Assembly: GCA_000388065.2 (NCBI GenBank)
Contig: KB932206.1
Reading direction: 5' to 3' (one strand)
Source: Fonticula alba ATCC 38817
Lineage: Eukaryota; Protista; Nucleariida
DNA: 64,000 bases
A program made the translations under genes and the position numbers. This document shows, piece after piece, positions 60,701-64,000 of this stretch; within the stretch, counting starts at the first letter, position 1, and every line of letters starts with the position of its first letter. The notes under the pieces are model-generated. The model saw only the letters and a list, made by a program, of their open reading frames with translations, did no database searches and was not told the DNA's origin.

Positions 60701-63424
60701 GTGGCCAGCACTGGCGCCTCGGCGGTGGCGCGGCCCGGGCCCCGGCACGAGGATGGCCACTTGCGCTTCAGCTCGACCAGCCCGCTGGAGCATCTGGCCA
60801 CCTTGCATACCTTCATGCCGGCGGTTCGCCGCCGGCCCGGGCACACGGATGCCCAATTGGCCGGGCTCCAGCTGCTGGTGCCCCCATCATGCAAGCTGTC
60901 CCACCGGCGCCGTGCCATGATGGCCAGACATTGGCAGCACTTCCGCCATCGCCATGTGGCCCTCGGCACGGACCCGGTGCCGGGGCTGGATGAACTGGCC
61001 CGCCGCGATGACCGGTGGGCCCGGGTCCCCGGGCCGGGGGACACCCCCGGCTGGGAGTTCCTCACCCAACTGCTTTCCAGCCAGGCCCAGCCGGACGAGC
61101 CCTCCCGGCCGGAAGTCTGCATGAATCTCCTGGGCGAGACGCTCTTCCATGCGGCCGGGCTTGCCGATGGCGCGGAGGAAGCCCTGGCCCTGGTGCTGGC
61201 CATGCTCAATGGCTTGCGTTTGGTGGAGGACACCGCCACCCGGCTGGACCGGCTGGCGGCCCGGATCCAGGGCCACTTGACCTATGCCCCGGGGCTGATG
61301 CAGCTGCCCGAACGCCTGATGGCCAACATCGCCGCCGGGGCCCAGGTCAGCCCGCCGCCCATGGCCATCGCCATGGCCATGGACATGCCGCGACAGGTGG
61401 TTCTGCTGCTCCTGCGGCGCTTCGGCGGCGGGGTCAACTTCGCGCTGTGGCCCCTGCCGGCCGATGTGCCGGTGGCCGCGGCCCGGCGCCATACGGTCCT
61501 CACGCGGTCATCCAAGACCCAGCTGTTCGCCGCCCCGGCCGACGGCGGCGAGGGCCTCGCACGCTCATCCCGCAACATGCTCACCTTGGTGGCTCTGTCC
61601 GGCGGCGCGGGAGCCCGGCCGGAGGGCTTCGAGCATGTGGACCCGCCGGCCATCATGCCCGCGGGTCCCCTGGCCGAGAAGCACCCCTTGAGCTTCCTGC
61701 CCCCGGTGACGGTGGCCCTCCTGGCCGGGCATCGGGACCTGGCCGGGTGGCTGGCCGCCGACCCGGCCCCGCGACAGGCCTTCCGCGACTTCTGGCACCG
61801 CAAGCCCGCCCGCCGGCCGGTGGCCGACCTGTCGCTGGCCGGGCAATTCCCCACCGTCGACCAGCTGGCCCTGGTGGTGCCGGACACCGAGCGCAGTGTC
61901 CTGCGGGCCCTCGGCCGGGAGGTCCTCCTGGATGTGGCCCCCCTCGAGCGGGCCCTCTTCCGCCTGGACACCGTGCTCAAGGTCCCGGCCCGGCCCGGCG
62001 AGGAGCGCACCCACACGGAGTACACCACCGCCGTGGCGGCGGTCACCATGCTCAACAGCCAGCCGGCCGCGGCCCTGCTCCGGGAAATCCTCACCGCCGA
62101 GCCGTACGGCCTCGGCCCCGGCCAATTGGCCAGCCTGGCCGGCACCGGCCTGGCCCTCGATTCGCAGGCCCTGCCCAACAGCCTGGCCGCCTGGGTGGCC
62201 GGCTCGGCGGCCGACGACCTGCCCCTGGTGGCGGTTGAAAGCCACGACGTGGCCCTCAGCCCGTTGGCCCTGGCGGCCGGGCTCGGCCTCGCCGGCGCCA
62301 CGGCCGGCCTCCTGGCCGACCTCCATGCGGATCCCTCCCAGGAGGACCCCCTCCGCGGCTGGACGCCCCTGCACCATGCGGCATACTCGCACCAACCAAC
62401 AATAGCCGGGCTGCTTCTGGCCACGGTGGCCGCGCGCGCCGGGGCCGACCCCCTGGCGGCCGTGCGCCGGGCCATCTTCCATCGGAGCCCGGTGTCTGGC
62501 CTGAGCGCGGTGCATCTGGCCGCCGAGCGTGATGCCCATGGGGTCCTGCGGGAAATGGCCCTGGCCCTGGCGCGCGCACGCTTCCACACCTCGGCCCCCG
62601 ATGGGGGGCACATCCTCCGCGCCCAGGCGGAGCTCTTCCAGCCGGAACACCACACCACCTCCGGCCGGGACTCGCCGCTGCATGTGGCCCTGCGCTTCTC
62701 GCACTTCCTCCTGACCGTGGAGATGCTCCTGATTTTGGCCGTCGAAACCACGGTGGAGCATGGCCCGCGTGATGCCGGGCCCCTGGCCGATGCCCTGCTC
62801 CGGGCCATGGGCACTTCGGTCGGATGCCTGCGCCATGCCGCGATGCCGGGCGGCCCACTTGCCGGGGTCCATTGGCCAGGCCTCGCCCGGGCCCTGTTGA
62901 CGGAAAATGCCTCCGGCATCACGGTGGCCGACCATCTGTTCGCAATCGACCGGCAGGCTCTCGCGGCCAGCCACATTTCCGCACCCCACCAGCCCTTCAG
63001 CAGCCAGCCTCTGCGTTGCTCGGACCTCACCCGTGCCCTTGGTGTGGAGGCCCCGGTGGCCGGCGCCACCGGCACGGCGCACTTCACCTCCATGGGTCGG
63101 CTTTTCAGTGCCCTGCGAGTCCTGGCCAGCGTGGTGGCCTTCGCCCCCGGGGCGCCCTGTCGCTTTACCATCCGGTCATCCGACGCGCGCAGGGCCCTCT
63201 TCCATCTGGCCGACCAGACCATGCTGCAGTTTGAGCGCATCAATTCCAGCGATCACTACCAGGACGAAGAGGACCAATACTACACCGGGGCCGATCCCTC
63301 GCTGGCCAGCAATGGGCTCCTGCGGATTGCCTGCTTTGAGGGCAAGCCAGCTCGGCCGGACCTCACCGCCGAGAAGGCCATCCCCCTGCCGCTGCTCCTT
63401 CGGAACCTCCTGGTTGATGCTTGA
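54791..63424 (+). CDS. Giant (~2773 aa) protein: N-terminal Pol-beta-superfamily nucleotidyltransferase-like domain plus dispersed ankyrin repeats; exons 54791-54895, 55007-58422, 58624-63424
   Basis: VVAAGGSVLACL...SSDIDLFIYG, RHIQIVLR, GFDVDCS, SRRSPSYETRLAKYAARGF. Ankyrin cores: LGRTPLILAVLSGNREIVRALLDAG, GRTPLHFAAHY, LTPLHYAILFGSVECARVLLAHGA, GWTPLHHAAYS, LSAVHLAAER, DSPLHVALRF. Introns 54896..55006 (phase 0) and 58423..58623 (phase 2, GACTAAC branch) fit the frames. Confidence 0.8.
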
Positions 63425-64000
63425 CAGAGGCCGCCCCCTTGCGGCCCGCCGCAGACCCACGGACATAGAAGGGGCTGGGCGCTGGCCGCTGGGGGCTGGG
63501 GGGGAGAAAAAAAGAAGCCGAATCAGGCAGCGCATAAAAACGCATGGGGCTGGGGTCTGTCCTGAGATCTGTCCCTCTCCTCCGTGGCTTTTTTGTTTCC
63601 CCCTTCGCACACAAGACAATACACAATGTCCCTCATGGCCTTCTCGTGCCTCCTCCATCATGGTCGGTGGTGCTCAGCCGAGCATATGTCCCCGCCGGCC
63701 ACCGACCGCACATCGGCCCAGCCAAAAGTCGGGAGATGGCCCCTTGACGCCGAGACCCGTGGCTGGTCCCCGGTCTGGGGAGGTCCTTCCGCTCGATCAC
63801 CCTTCCTCTCAAGACAACGGGTCCCACGGCGTTGGGTGCCCCCTCGAAAGGCCAGCAGCGAGATGCCGCCGTCTGGCCGCGTCCCAGGACAGTCCCTCCT
63901 GGCCACGGATGATGCCCGCAAGCAACTCCCCCAAGAGGGTGCGGGCGCACATTCGAACCAGGGGCGTTCTCGCTCGGCTCACGAGCATCCCCCCTGGGGG

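Noticed and set aside
63945-63975. GGTTCGAAT on the minus strand resembling a tRNA T-loop
   Set aside because: Flanks do not pair into a T-stem and no cloverleaf or A-box is evident.

Overview
Very GC-rich eukaryotic draft-scaffold DNA with spliceosomal GT-AG introns (donors mostly GTGCGT/GTACGT/GTATGT, CTAAC/CTGAC branch sites), many poly-G/C and dinucleotide microsatellites, and 8 N-gaps. The gene set and style suggest a unicellular opisthokont such as Fonticula; this is inference and was not checked. I reconstructed 11 protein-coding genes by hand, checking exon phases: beta-carbonic anhydrase, proteasome lid subunit Rpn6, Rab5, a LIM + coiled-coil protein (two ORFs joined by an intron), CCT5, a serine-less alpha/beta hydrolase, site-2 protease, a chondroitin-synthase/CHGN-like glycosyltransferase (two ORFs joined), MRM1-like SpoU methyltransferase, an ABCG half-transporter, and a ~2,770-aa nucleotidyltransferase-like/ankyrin protein (two ORFs plus an upstream exon). 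The most intriguing candidates are the NTase-ankyrin giant and the CHGN-type glycosyltransferase in an apparently non-animal genome. Assembly artefacts are also visible: an Illumina TruSeq adapter fragment, a 95-bp duplication flanking gaps, and a missing CCT5 exon start. Most other ORFs in the six-frame track are GC-rich shadow ORFs. No tRNA, rRNA, CRISPR array or recognisable transposon was found.
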